From Callorhinchus milii (taxonomy: Eukaryota), in contig NW_024704743.1 in the NCBI RefSeq assembly GCF_018977255.1, forward strand, positions 81,098,001 to 81,162,000: a stretch of 64,000 nucleotides of DNA, written 5' to 3'. Below the pieces are notes generated by a model. The model was not told the origin of the DNA and searched no databases. It saw only the letters and a list, made by a program, of their open reading frames with translations. Position numbers and translations under genes: made by a program. Shown one piece after another: positions 1-13,133 of this stretch; position 1 is the first letter of the stretch, and each line of letters begins with the position of its first letter.

Positions 1-805
1 TGCATTTTATTGTGGGTGAATGAGGCAGCCAAATTGTACACAGTAACGTCAGCAAAGAAATGAAGACCAATTTTATTGGTCAGAGTTATCAAACAAAATC
101 ATCAATACCTACAGCTTGTTCTTTCTCCTTATCTTCATCTCAACTTAACCTAGTTTTTTTTAACTCTTTTCTACCTATCCAACTTTTTTTTCTAACATGT
201 CCATCTTTCATTATCTACCTCCATTTTCATTTTTCTCAGACCATTTGTTTAGGAAATTGGAAACAGTTTATTGTAACAAAGTACATGCCTTCAGTTGCAG
301 TGGACAAGGATGTTAATGGACATTACATCACTGCTGGTAAAACATACCCACAACGTAACCTGTGCTTTCTCCACAAAATCCTTCGCATAGCACAAATTTG
401 CAAGCCTTCAGCTCCAATGAAAACTCAGCTCTGAGCCAAAGCCTTATGAGTCTGATTACTATACATATGATTTCCCAGAAAAAGCATGATTCAGAATCAA
501 GTCAAAGTGAATTTGCCTTCAGCCATGTCTTGTGACATCACCAGAATGCTTTTTAAGATGTCATTCTCTGCCTCTTCCTGTCATAAAAGATCACTGAATG
601 AAGGACAATGAAGAAACTTTAAACTACTGAGAATGAAGGGAAATATCACCTTAACACTGTACAAATTTGCAATTTATTTACATTCACTTTACTTACCATG
701 CTATAATTTTTTCAAATATTATTTGGAGTAAACATTGCAATAAAGAAAACAATCAGATAATGCTAACCACACAAAATATTCTTTATGTGGGTTATGCATA
801 TGTAC

Positions 806-915
806 CTGAGTTCATTAGTTTCCAGAGCTGGTCCACCAGGGCCTCATTGCACAGAGGAGATTCTGCACTCTTGGTAAACGGTGGATTCTTATTCAGCATG
901 CTCAAAACCTTATGC
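806..915 (-). CDS. TAF2: TAF2 exon 22 (HKVLSMLNKNPPFTKSAESPLCNEALVDQLWKLMNS)
   Basis: 110 nt; AG/GTACAT. Confidence 0.96.
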
Positions 916-2599
916 CTATAATGAATGAAATAAAGATCCATTTTCAAGTACATGCGAGTCACTAAATAGACACTCGGACACACAATTTACCCCTTTAAAA
1001 GATGGGAACAAATATTTTATGAGCCTGACATGTTGCAGGACATTTGTACACTTAGAATAAAAATATAAGTAACTCAAATCACTCAGTAAACCTATTTTAG
1101 TTCAGCCATTAATTTTTCTGATGGTTATTCATTTTATCTACCTTGCTGGCTTTCTTCGACAATACAGGCAAGTAACATTTAAGCAATTAGTTAGCTTGAA
1201 AGTATGAAAGAGTACATATTTATGTCCGCATTATTTTCCCAGGCAATACATATCTTCAGCAAAGAGGATAGTTTGCCGGTTTACCAACACTGTTCTGAAC
1301 TGGCTGCTTAGAGGCACGTGACAAACCGTTGGCAACAACTCTCCTTTCAACATATTCCTCAGAGATTTAGGGAGGCAGGTGCAGACTACTATAAAGAGCT
1401 GTTAATTCTGAAGAAATTGCATACAATTTTGAGCATTCTGGCCAATAAAGACAAAGCTTTACTTTCCAATTCTTCAGATTGCTAGCTAGAACTGAAACTA
1501 AATGTATGGTTTGTAGAAAGGACTGTAATTTTAACTGACTGATTGTAGTTGAAATTGAAATGAACACTTTTAAAGTATGTAGTTACAGAGAGGGTGCAAA
1601 GTCAGAATGATTCATTTTAACCATAGCTATCAGTTTCTTAGAAGGCATATTCCATGGTTCTCAATCAACTAAAAAATGGAAAATTGGTATGTGGTTTTAA
1701 TATGGTTAGGTGTTAAAGACCATGGAAGAGTAATAGGATTATTTGCAATTACGTGGAAAGCAGATTGGAATAGTAGCATTTTTTTCAATTATATCTCCTA
1801 TATATTATATATCATCATACCCTCTGGATCTAAAGTTGCACCCATTGTCCTGGTCCTTACTATACCATAGAGAAATGTACTTGTCAGTGCACAATAGGTC
1901 AGGGTACTACACATGAATTTACTCAATCAGTAGCACTTCTAAGCATAACATTTTACGTGTCAAGAGTTGACCAGTAATGTCTTTAAATTGACCCTGCCAA
2001 TGTTCAGTCTTTGTGTTTTTGATTGGCTGAAAAAACAGCCTCTGCAGTTTGTTTTCAGCTAATAAAAGCCAATTTCTTTAAAACTGCTTCAACCTCAAAT
2101 ATCAATGGTGAAAGCCATAAGGAACGAGAAAACAGGTTAGTGAAGTGATTGAACTGAATCTAAAAGAAAATATATAAAGGTAAAGCATAAACTTCTTAAA
2201 TATTATAATTTAAGTTTAAATAAATATAAAAGGAAAAGCAAATATGGATAAGAAAGTCAGATTGGAATTTAGACAAAATCTGGGAACAGAAATAGGCCAT
2301 TCAGCCCCTCGAGCCACTGATCTGTACCATAACTCCAAGTATCCGCCTTTGCCCCACATATGTTGATACGCCTACGTAACAAAAATCTTTCCACCTCAGT
2401 CTTGAAAATGTTAATGTATCCAGCATCCACAGCCTTTTGGAGAAGAGAGTTCCATCACATGCGTTTACATTCGATATGATTTCATCGATATGATGAATAT
2501 CAAGTGTATCACTAAATTGACCCGAATATTCATTTATTCAAACTCACCAAACAGTCTATTTAAAATAACAAAAACTAAATGCGTTCTAGCAAAACTAAC

Positions 2600-2669
2600 C
2601 TTATATAAGGCACAGGATCATTTTGGACCAGATCTAGCAGCCATTGCAGTTCATCAGTGCTTCTGTCCA
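2600..2669 (-). CDS. TAF2: TAF2 exon 21 (DRSTDELQWLLDLVQNDPVPYI)
   Basis: 70 nt; AG/GTTAGT. Confidence 0.94.
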
Positions 2670-4444
2670 CTGAGCAAAAACATTTGGTTAGAGCTTTGAT
2701 CATGAAGATAATTCAAACATTACTTATATTTATGAAATACAAATATTAGTGTAATTAAAAATTTTATGAAATAAAATTTTACAAGTGCTTCTATAAAATG
2801 TATTTTTTTCCAAAAAGTTATTAGGATGATTTTTTTTGTCAGCTGTGTTCTGAAACATTCAGAAAACCATCACCAAGCTTAATAGTAATCAAACCAAACA
2901 GAGATCTAGATGGGACGTCTAGAAGACGTGAAAAGCGCTATATCAAATGCAAGGATTATAATTATTACATATGTAGACCACTTACTAAGTATTAGGAAGA
3001 AATACAAACACTGGGGTCTAAAATGCAATCCGGGCAAATAGATTTGCAAATAGCAATTCTGATATGCAAATACTGACTCCTACTGGTAACCCAATATCAC
3101 CAAGGAACTGCTCCAATACGATACACTTCAGATTGTGTTGGGATAAAGTTCTCAAGCTGGAGGCACTTCCAATTACCATTACAGTCACTTTTGCAAGTAT
3201 GAGTAACTACAAATCATTTTATGAATTTCCCATTTTAGACACCAATTAAAACCCAACTAAAATTTGCTTTCCTTATTTCAGAGTTAAACTAAAAGCAGCT
3301 TTTAGTTGTCCAAATCTATGGGGAGGAAGCAATTTTAGTCTTCCAAATTAATTACTCTCTTTTATCCATTTTATTGTTGCTCCAATACTTGCTCCTCCAA
3401 CAATTTAGAGACTCCCTAGAGAAGGGAGGTCTCCCAGCGTCCTGGCCAACAATCCCCCAAATAAAATCAGTCATTTGTTTCATGGCTGTTGTGGGACATT
3501 GCTGTTTGCAACTATGCTGCCGCATTTGCCTACAAATACACTGTCACTCCATTTCATAGTAAATCGTGTGAAGCGCTTTGAGACATCTTTCTGATGTGAT
3601 ATGGCTCTATGCCAAATGCAAAGATTATGCAATAATGTAATGTCAACACCAGTACATTTTTTTGTCTCCATTATTATTACAACAGCAATGACCTAAACAG
3701 TTAAAGGCAAATGATGCAATTTATTTACTCTGATAATAAACACTCCTTCCACGTGACATGAACTATAAATGAAAAGCTTGTAGATTGACTCCCTAATAAT
3801 TTCCTGTCACACAAACAAAATGCAAGGACACATATTAAATAACTAAGAATTACATAATTCCTGACCCCTTGCCTCAAGAACGTAATATGTTCTTACATAG
3901 TTAAATTTTAAACACTTGGGAAGTTTCTGTTCGGATTAATTAGAGGAATGGTGAATGGAATCCCTGTCAATAAAATATTTGATGTTGCATGATCAAGCTC
4001 TCAAGGTTGTATAATAAAGAGTACAATCCTTAAAAAGTGAGGAAAGGAGAACAAAAATCACACTTAAATGAAAAAAGAAATACAATAAATAACTGTTTTG
4101 TTTGGAAAAGGCAACTCAAGAGACGCAAGCTTTTTTTTAATAAAGCACCAGAGTCTGGGGACAATAACTAAGCAATCCACTTCCATATGGCAAGGATTTA
4201 CTACCAAACAATTTCAGCTAGCTTTAGTTCATAAGCTACACTACTGCCATGTTTATAACAAGAATCTAGTTGTTGAATATTTAATGGAAAATTACAGCAG
4301 TTCATAAACAATAAAAGTAGGCAATCCAGAACATACAAGGCAATAAACAGCTCCTGCACATCACACACAACAGAGCACTCCTTGAGGTGTTTATTAGTGC
4401 TCAGGAACAGCTTTTAGTTTTGCGAATTACACTCAGATTCTGGA

Positions 4445-5135
4445 AGTTTCCCTCCACAAGGGATTTGGACTGGTGGGGTGGAGGGCAGGGAGGGTAGGAG
4501 GGTCGCCGAATGCGAGGTCAAAGAGGATATTCTTGAGATGTGCTTTGAAGAGGCAAAGGGAGGGGGCAGACAAAGGGACCGGGGGTTGGAGTTCCAAAGG
4601 GTGGGGGCAAAGAAGCTGAACGCTCAACTGCTGATGGTGGTCATCCAGCACTCTGTAGCTTGTGTCCTCTCCCACACCAGACTCCGTGACCCTATCAACC
4701 CTACCCTTGCCTGCTCCACTGGCTCCCTATTCCCCAGAGGACAGAATTCAACGCCCTCCATGGCTGTGCTCCTTCCTAACCCTGTGACCTGCTAACCTAT
4801 ATCAACCTGTCCATCCCTCTGCTCAGGAGATTCCAGTCTCCGCCAAGTCCCTTGTCTGGTCCACCCACCATCAGTGGTTGGGCCTTCAGCTTTTCTGCCA
4901 CCACCCTTTGGAACTCCATCCCCCAATCCCTTCATCTGGCCTCTCGTCTCCCTTGCCTCCTTCAAAGCACATCTCAAGACCCTCCTCTTCAACCGCGCAT
5001 TTGGCCACCTTCCTATCCCGACCCTCCCTGCCCTCATCCCCCTGGTCCCAAACCCGTGCTCGGGTCCAAACCCCTGACAGTTCAGAGCCTTGGAACGTAC
5101 TCAAGACGTGAGAGGCATTATACAATTGTAATTTG
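4445..5135. mobile_element. Two L2 3' fragments in inverted orientation
   Basis: Minus copy about 4445-4640, plus copy about 4641-5135 (FKAHLKTLLFNRAF). Confidence 0.8.
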
Positions 5136-5657
5136 TCAGTTTGTTAGCATTCTACATGTACAAGTTTTTAGAAGTACAAGTATGTAAATAGTACAATCGA
5201 ATAACACGCTCGCATTGAAAAAGCATTTGAACACAAAGCTGTCACGCTGACTTGCAAAACTTCGACTACAATTTGAGACCACCTCAGTTGTTCTCACGAG
5301 TCAACATGATGTACATGGAATTCCTTGCAGAAAATGTAATTTACAGTGGGAAGTCTTGTATCCAACACGATGAGCCAGTATTTCTGTGATTTGAGTCTTT
5401 TTGATCCCAATATCATACAATTACAGGTGCTGACTTTAAACAAGGTGGCAATGTAGTTTTTAATATAGATTAGTATTTCTTTATTGACCACCACACTAAT
5501 ATTTCTGAGTTACAACTGGCTGATAAAATCACACAGGACAATTCAAAATAGTAAACAAATGTAGGGCATTTTTCTATTCAATGTTTACAAAGAATATTTG
5601 CTTTGGAAGGCATTAAACAGTCAACAATTTTAACTTAAGAAAACAAGAATTCCATAC

Positions 5658-5797
5658 CTTGCGTGTAGTCCACAACTGCTTCCAAGGCTGCAATGCGCAC
5701 ATCAACAAAGTGACCATTTTCTGCATATGATTTGAAGAGTGAAGGATCACTAGGAATATGACCATTCTTTTGCAGCACTCGAATAGCTTTCAGGCAA
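5658..5797 (-). CDS. TAF2: TAF2 exon 20 (CLKAIRVLQKNGHIPSDPSLFKSYAENGHFVDVRIAALEAVVDYTQ)
   Basis: 140 nt; AG/GTATGG. Confidence 0.96.
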
Positions 5798-5959
5798 CTA
5801 TAAATTAATACACAAATGTTATGAATACTTTTTTTTATATAATTGCTCTGTGTTTTTGGTGGTCCAACAGCTAAAGCACTTGATTTAAATTAAATATGTG
5901 TTAAATATGTGTTCAAGCCTCCAGAGCTACCAGTAACACAAATAGACCTGGTTAGGTTT

Positions 5960-6280
5960 GCTCAAATCTTAACCTTTAAATCCTTCCATGGCCTTGCCCC
6001 ATTCTACCTCTGCAACCTCCTCAAAACCTACAAACGGCTGCTCCCTCTGCTCAGTGGGCACCAGCCTGCTTCACGTTTCCCACCCCACTCTTGGCGGTCA
6101 AGCTTTCAGTCTTTCTGCCCCCACTCTTAGGAACCCCATCCTGGAGTACCCACGACTCACTCCATCTCTTTCCTCCCTCAAGATCCCCTCAAGACTTTCC
6201 CCTTGGACTGTGCTTTTGACCATTTTTTTTGTAGAAACCTTTGACATCCTCCCAAATGTGAAAGGTGTTCCATAAAGTGT
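5960..6280 (+). mobile_element. Degenerate L2 3' fragment
   Basis: ILTFKSFHGLAPFYL motif, decayed tail. Confidence 0.7.
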
Positions 6281-6652
6281 ATAGTGTACGCCCTAAACAA
6301 AACTGAAACAGTACAGCTAATGCATTATAGATACTAGGGCACAGTGAGGTATGGAACAGTGGGAGACAATCCCGTTCACTTTCACTTTCCTTTGGGTCTG
6401 TGAGCCAACACTAAACAGAGGAAAGAGAGGGAACAACAATTGGAGAGGTTAGTTATCCTGTCCTGCCATGTTCCCGTATTGCCTATTTTGGCCTTGACTG
6501 AGGCCTGCATTGATGGGAGTTCTCCTCCCTATCCTCTTGACTGGATTCTGTGCGTAGCCCAGCAAAACAAAAAGAGAAAACCTTATTTTAAGAAACAGAC
6601 AAGAGTAATTTAAAAGTAGCAGGGGGTATCCAGAATCAATGAGTAATAGTAC

Positions 6653-6846
6653 CTGACAGTGATTGTGTTTCTATAGCTTGGAAGCAGTTTCTCCATGTTT
6701 AGAAATCTGGTGATCTCCTCCAGAATCAGCCGGATATCAGGGTTCAGGTTATCTAATGTTCGAATTTCATTATTGATGCTAATTGCAGGTGTCACTGAGT
6801 TTGCAAGTGCGTCTATAAGCTCAGCACGGTAATAATTGTCTGAAAA
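6653..6846 (-). CDS. TAF2: TAF2 exon 19 (FSDNYYRAELIDALANSVTP...PSYRNTITV)
   Basis: 194 nt; AG/GTACTA. Confidence 0.97.
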
Positions 6847-7134
6847 CTGAAAAGGGAAAAGGAAGCACAAATCAAAATATAAAGGATGCAAGGAAACTGC
6901 AAGGTTTAACTGTTCATACTAGCAGGTGGTTTTATGCTGAACACATTGGACTTTAGAAAGTACTAAGAATATTTCTGAAAACAAAATTCACCATTTTCTA
7001 AAACTACATTTCAAAATTTGAATTTAAAACACAAATTATACGAGAGCAGTGAGAAATAATAATTATTATTCAATCTTAAAATACCAAAAAATAAGCATTT
7101 CCCCCCACTTAAAACAATTCTGCTGATACATTAC

Positions 7135-7245
7135 CTTATTCTTTCTGTTGTCATTGTATTTAATTAGATCCAAAATAAAGGCCAGCACTTCTTTAGGACA
7201 CTGGTTATGGACATCCCTCAGCAATGCCATTGCAACTGGCATAGT
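7135..7245 (-). CDS. TAF2: TAF2 exon 18 (TMPVAMALLRDVHNQCPKEVLAFILDLIKYNDNRKNK)
   Basis: 111 nt; AG/GTAATG. Confidence 0.97.
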
Positions 7246-7258
7246 CTGTGGAAAAATA

Positions 7259-7367
7259 TAATAATAATCTTTGCATTTGAAATAGCGCTTTTCACATCTT
7301 CTAGACGTCTCAAAGTGCTTCACAGAATAGACTGTAAAGTGAATTGACTGTATATTTGTGGGCGAAA
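7259..7367 (-). mobile_element. SINE 3' fragment abutting the TAF2 exon 18 acceptor
   Basis: Tail consensus; the (TAT)n end stops about 12 nt before the AG. Confidence 0.88.
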
Positions 7368-8244
7368 CTATATATATGTGAAAAATAGGTAAAGTCTATT
7401 GATTAACTTTAATAATATATTATATGTTTTCTGACATCTCATTAATTATGAACTATGAACATTTCTTTGTGCCTATAGTCAGGATTCAGAACGCATGGCA
7501 ATTGTAATTTAAAAAATCTTTCTTGGGGAGGAGTCTATGATAGAACACTAAAAGAAAATTTAAAGTAATAAAAGAGACTAAAGAATCCAGGCTGGCCCCA
7601 GTTCCTCTCCATATTCACATGATTTGAGCTTCCTAAAGGAGGAAGTCTCTCAGAAAAAAAGAGAAAGAATGTGAAGGAAAAAGAGGGAGCGGGACCTGGT
7701 CAATAATGAGAATGGGAAGGTAGACAGAGAAGTGGTGGACAAGAGAAAAAAGGGGCAGAGAAAGAGATAGAAATGTAGAGAAAGTTAATTATATTTATAT
7801 ATATTCTATAGATATAAAACATTTATTAAAACATTAAATTCCATCTAGTCTACACTCCTACAGCCTCTTGGAAAAGTTAAAGGGTTGGGAAACAGGTCAA
7901 CTCAGTTTATATGGCACAAGGAAGGGATACCCACGAGTGGGCAGAAAAAGTAACACAGTAGGTTTAATAAAGAACTAAAATACAAGTCATAATTGGTATT
8001 CTTTATTGTGTGTGCACACAATTATAGAATATATGTTATTTCTTCCAGTTTCTTTACAATTCAAATACAGTAATTCAACCCATCTCATAACCAACTACAG
8101 CTTTTTTTTAAAAAAAGATTTAAAAGCATGCACAGTTAATTTGTACCTAGCCACTTGTGTGAAAAAAAACCATTGTGATAAAAGTTGAGTAATTTGAGGC
8201 TTAAACATAGTCTACCATTGCACACCTCCCTGAACCTGTATACA

Positions 8245-8740
8245 ACAGCAAGAGTTACATTTATATAGCACCCTTCATGTGGTTTTAGATTCAAGGAGTG
8301 CTGATAATGGCTTAATTTGACGTCGAGCCAGGGAAAAAGGGGAGGTGACCAAGGACACAGTGGAAGTGGAAAGGTGGGATCTGAAGATATGTGAGAGGGG
8401 ACAAGAAGAAGGGATTGAGGCAGAGAATTCAAGAGGTTCAGAGTGTGGTGGCTGAAGACACGGCAGCCGATGGTGGAGCAGAGGGTTTGAGTGAGACATA
8501 GAAAGCCCAGCAATCGGGGCGAGTAAATAGTGAGTAGTGAGAAGGTTGAAGAGGTTGGGAGGTGCTAGGGTATTAAGACATTTGTAGGCAAATCTGAGCA
8601 TCTTGAAAAATAGATCCATTCTGCAAAGGGAGCCAATGGAGCCTGGCAAGACCGGAATGATGGAAGTGCAGAGTTTGGTATGGGTGAGGATAGAGGCAGA
8701 GGAGTTTGAATCAGTTGGAGACAGACCAGAATTTGCAAAG
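8245..8740 (-). mobile_element. Degenerate L2 3' fragment
   Basis: FKMLRFAYKCLNTLAP motif and tail. Confidence 0.7.
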
Positions 8741-9034
8741 AAACGTAGGAGCCAAATGATCCATTAAACCTGGTCATCCATTTTGCTACTTCATTTTCAC
8801 TTATCCCAAAGGAAGGGTTTGGCAGCCTTCTCTCATTGGGGAATAATGTGCAGTGACCCCAAACAAGAGAAAGGACAAACACAGAACATTTGAAATAAAA
8901 ATAAAAAAATTGGCTTGAAATTCTTTTTCAACATAATGCAAAAAAAGGGAGACAGAGCAGCCAGGGAAAGATGAGGGCAACAGAGAAAATGAGAAGGAAA
9001 AGAGAAAAAAGATGAAAGAGAACATTTTAAATTC

Positions 9035-9076
9035 AGAGAGAGAGAGAGAGAGAGACACACACATAAACACACACAA
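9035..9076. repeat. (GA)n(CA)n microsatellite
   Basis: Seen directly. Confidence 0.85.
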
Positions 9077-9548
9077 ACTAACAACGAGTAATTAAAAAGG
9101 GGGAAAGCCGACATGAATGGTAGGCATGAAAAAGACGGGTCAGAAAAAGTGGGAGAGTTAAGGGAATTTTTTTTAACATTTCTGCAGGCCACGTGCAGAC
9201 TCCCCAGCCCACTCTCACTTAGCTTGCTGGCTTTCAGTGGCCAGGTGTCAACTTTGACTCAGTATGAATCTGCTGCTCACAGGATTCAAACAATTACAAT
9301 GTTCGTGGCAACATTTGTCAAAAAATGCTGGTAAATCCCAGTATCAGAATTACAATTACACTTAGCCGGAAATTCTGGCTCATTGGACTGCATCTCTCAG
9401 TGTATAGTGAAATATGCCAAATATTAATTATGTTTGTTGTCAACTTAATTTAACAAGGAGTATTGGAGTCCTTCATTAACTAAGCTAACTCACATAAAAA
9501 AAATTCACAGCGTATCAAGATTTTATTATTTTTAAAAATAGATCTTAC

Positions 9549-9689
9549 CTTCTGCAGAAAGTAGCTTTGAAAGTTCATGAAATTGTTGGTCTTGACGATA
9601 TTTGTACAACTCTTGCAGCAGAACATGCGAGTGAACAGCGACTTCATGGCTGGTGGCCCTGTCCAAGTGCTCACCATGGAATTTGCAAT
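9549..9689 (-). CDS. TAF2: TAF2 exon 17 (IANSMVSTWTGPPAMKSLFTRMF...QSYFLQK)
   Basis: 141 nt; AG/GTAAGA. Confidence 0.97.
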
Positions 9690-9789
9690 CTGCAATTATA
9701 CAGTTCTAAACATGAGGAAATAGTACTTGTGAGATACTACAGTGTTCAAATAGACTTTGGTTACTTTTTAATAGATTATTAACGCATAC

Positions 9790-10620
9790 TTTTGAATAAT
9801 GATGGAGCAGATGAATACGTAACTTGTATTCTTCAGTTCTTGTATACACATCCAATGCACACTTGCTCTCCTTAATCTTCCTCTCAAAATGTTTAACTAT
9901 CACATTTGTCTGCATTAAATATGCCATTTCTCTCCCAATCAATTAATCTGTCTATGTCCCCTTGAAGTTGCTTACAATCTTCTCAATTGTTAGATATACT
10001 CCCTATTCCGTGTCATCTGGCTTCTTAAATTTTTTACGCCTTATACCAGAATCTAAATCATTGATTATAAATGAAGAAAAGCAATGGTCCTAACACTGTC
10101 CACTGGGGGACACCACTATTTACATCTTTCAATTGTGAATAACAACCATGCACTCCCACCTTCTGTTCTATCACCCACCAACTTTCTATCCATGTTGCTA
10201 CCTTTTCATTAATACCATGTGCCCTTATTTGTTTTTAACAAGCCTCCCAAGTGGCAAACAAAATCTTCTTCCAGCAACTGGAAGAGAGTTCTTCCAACCC
10301 GTAGGAATACCACTCTAAAAGCAGGTCACTTTGGACCAGAGTTCCTGCGGGTCAGAGTGCCCTACATGTGGTTAATGACTCCCATTAAGAACTGGCACAA
10401 TTAAAACCACATAATCCTTCCTAAAATGAGAAAAACAAAAAGAGAAAAGGACTCAATGATGTCTTGCTCGACACTAAGATGAGCTCTTAGCATTTGCACT
10501 CTTGCTTTTTGCTAATGCACCCTAGTACTTTATTAGCTTTTTTCCATTGCCATAAAACACTAGCGGACTATCTATTTATCCAAAAAGATTCCCAACTATT
10601 TCCTGATCAGCATACTGTAC
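9790..10620 (-). mobile_element. Highly decayed CR1-like LINE remnant
   Basis: Minus strand reads SGVPQWTVLGPLLF around 10075-10120; other CR1-type 3' ends near 2285-2455, 15480-15780, 22540-22800, 50270-50590 and 56995-57075. Confidence 0.5.
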
Positions 10621-11268
10621 AAAATCTTTATTTCCTTCAAATATATGCTACCTAACAGCCCAGCTACCCAAAAGATCCAATTTCTTCCGAAACTAATTAC
10701 ATTTTCCACATTATTTGCTTTGTTTCTTACCCTGGTGTATTATTCACAAACTAGAAAATCTGTTGAAAATTCATTGATAAATCTACAATAAATTTAGGTT
10801 AAAATAAGCATCATGTTCCTCGCCTCAAGCCATATATTATATTTTGTATATGTTCTATAATTTGCATTGGAATATTTTACTCCTAAAAAATCTGAATATT
10901 TATTAGAGTTCGATTAACCTAATTTCTAGTTTCAGTTGATGTACTGTGTTTGAAACATTAACTCAGCTTTCCGTTTCAAATGCTGCACATTTCCAGCATT
11001 TCATCCAATAATTCAGATTCCTAGCATTCATGGTTTTTCCTTTGACCCTGACTTTTCAGGGTAGGGAAGCAATGTTTTAAAATGTCACAATAATTAAATT
11101 TTAAAGTCAGTAAAGACTCACAAAGCATAAAATGAATTACCAATTAATCTCTAAGTGCTATGGATAAAATCTATGGTGGGGTTTAGTTTTTGGACTCAAC
11201 AGATTTTAGCAATGATCTGAGCAAATTACACATTTATCTAACATATTACAAAATCCATCAGTTCTCAC

Positions 11269-11521
11269 CTTTGCCAGACGAAAGCAAGCTCCCATTCGGA
11301 CTTTGTAGAAACACTGTTCTTGTTCCAAAATATCAGTTAGAGCTAGACGAGATGCTGGAGTAGGAAACTTTGCTAACGCAGAAATCGATTCTTCCTGTGC
11401 AACTACATCCCTTTCATAGCGGAGCTGGTACTGCCACATGAAATCAGCCTGCTCAAATTCCACCTTTCTCAAAACAGACATGTCTGGGTCGATCCTTATC
11501 CACAGCAATGGAGAATCAGCA
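11269..11521 (-). CDS. TAF2: TAF2 exon 16 (ADSPLLWIRIDPDMSVLRKVEFEQADF...GACFRLAK)
   Basis: 253 nt; overlaps ORF 11206..11508; AG/GTGAGA. Confidence 0.97.
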
Positions 11522-11659
11522 CTATAAATACACGAGGCGCATAATCATATATTTTGTAGAATTCAACTATCTGTGACACATCAGCATATTTGTCGAGATG
11601 GTATGCAATTTGATTAAAATAAATACTCAGCTACTTCAATGGCTTTGTAGGTAAATGTA

Positions 11660-11990
11660 CTGCCTCGTGATAGACTATCTGTACAAATCAGAAGGTTGTA
11701 GGTTTAAATCCCAATCTGTGCTAAATTAGCTCATCGTGGTCAGAGTATTTGCGGTGCTACAATTAGCTTCATTCACACTGCTTTAAAGTTCAGCTCCTGA
11801 TAACTATTCAGAGACCCCTGCTGGAAGGTGTACATCTGAAAAAGTTAGGTAAGGACAGGATTATATTGGGCTCTGATTCTCTCATGATTGAATAGACTGT
11901 CAAAACTTACATGACCACTCAAACTCACTTAGGCCGAGGTACCAGAGAACAGCTCATGCTCTTGGGACCGCATCCCAGTGAAAAGAAAAT
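11660..11990 (+). mobile_element. Ancient tRNA-SINE, AmnSINE2-like
   Basis: CTGTGCTAAATTAGCT...GCTACAATTAGC...GACCCCTGCTGGAAG...GGACAGGAT...GAGGTACCAGAG; related decayed copies near 17810-18180, 21570-21690 (minus), 26300-26640, 47230-47425 and 57420-57630; name from memory. Confidence 0.5.
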
Positions 11991-12138
11991 AGGAGCTTAA
12001 AAAAAGGTTTCAGGAAAGAACCAAAGGAATTCAGGGGAGAAACTCATGAGAAGAAATTTACAATTTTCTCTCAAAATCAAAGTCGCTATTAAAATTGTCC
12101 TGAATATAATTACTTTAGAATGACAAAAAAAGACCTAC

Positions 12139-12204
12139 TCCATTGCAGAAAGATCCATGTCCACTTCTTCCCCATTCAACAGTGGGATCTTCTTTTTCTT
12201 ATTT
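12139..12204 (-). CDS. TAF2: TAF2 exon 15 (NKKKKIPLLNGEEVDMDLSAM)
   Basis: 66 nt; AG/GTAGGT. Confidence 0.95.
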
Positions 12205-12581
12205 CTGAATGGGAAAAAAGACATCCATTTTTAACAAAACAATAAAATAGACCTGCATTAGGGAATTATATTTCAAAATAACATTTCTGTCAAAACATTC
12301 TCAAAATTCATGCCAGTATTTTTTTCAGGTTTAAAGAGCTTGTCAATACAATCGTATTGTCACTGCTCAGGATTATCTTTGGGGATTATGGACCTTGAGA
12401 CTCAAGTGACAATAAACTGTTGATTACAAGAGGCTTAAAGCACTACATTGTGGATTGTAATATCAGTTTTGCATCATGTAAAATAATTAATGAGCAGAAA
12501 ATTTTTGTTTCTTTAGGGTTATGAACATATAATAATACTAATTCTTAACAATCCTTGCTTGCATCCGATATACCGCCTACC

Positions 12582-12881
12582 GTGGAGTCCTGTAGCTCAG
12601 TGGTTAGAGCACTCGCTTTGCAAGCGAGAGACCCGAGTTCAATTCCAGGCAGGGCGAAACCTTGGGCAAGTTTCCTTACTCCACACGCCTAATAATAATC
12701 CCTCCAAACAAAAATAAATTGGTCATTTTCAATCCACGACTGTTTGTGGGAAACTGCTGTGCGCAATTGGCTGCCGTGTTTCGCCCACAAATATACAGTC
12801 AATTCACTTTAAGCATATTCTGTGAAGCGCTTTGAGAAGACGTGACAAGCGCTATATCAAATGCAAGGTTTATTATTATTA
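12582..12881 (+). mobile_element. Full-length tRNA-derived SINE (tRNA-Ala-like head, partial Deu-like core, L2-type tail, (TAT)n)
   Basis: A-box TAGCTCAGTGG, B-box GAGTTCAATTCC, core TGTGGGAAACTGCTGTGCGCAATTGGCTGCC; many copies in the window. Confidence 0.9.
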
Positions 12882-13023
12882 TAACATCTTACAAGTTCTC
12901 ATTTTGCTGGTATCTGACAAAACAAGAAGAAAACAATCTCATATACAGTGTGAAACAATTTTAAGTTTATTTTTATTGGGACAAAATGTTTGAGATTATT
13001 TCTTTGGGGTAATGTGATCTTAC

Positions 13024-13133
13024 CGTCTGCTCTTGGAGTGGCAAGGAATATCGTGTTTTAAGCTGTTCTCCTCAATTTGCAGAGTGTGATTAAATGACCC
13101 ATCCAGTTCTTGAACTGTCACTTTCAGTGGTCC
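13024..13133 (-). CDS. TAF2: TAF2 exon 14 (GPLKVTVQELDGSFNHTLQIEENSLKHDIPCHSKSR)
   Basis: 110 nt; AG/GTAAGA. Confidence 0.97.

Noticed and set aside
60..434. 124 aa plus-strand ORF with an internal pyrimidine tract and AG
   Set aside because: No recognisable homology and antisense within a TAF2 intron; probably chance
10930..11040. Very decayed Penelope-type end (GAAACATTAACTC...TTTCCAGCATTT)
   Set aside because: Hammerhead core and stem II are not recognisable; too degraded to call
12582..12660. tRNA-Ala(TGC)-like sequence, also at 27049, 38020, 44173, 49903 and 60491
   Set aside because: No proper acceptor stem and always fused to the SINE body and tail; these are SINE heads, not tRNA genes
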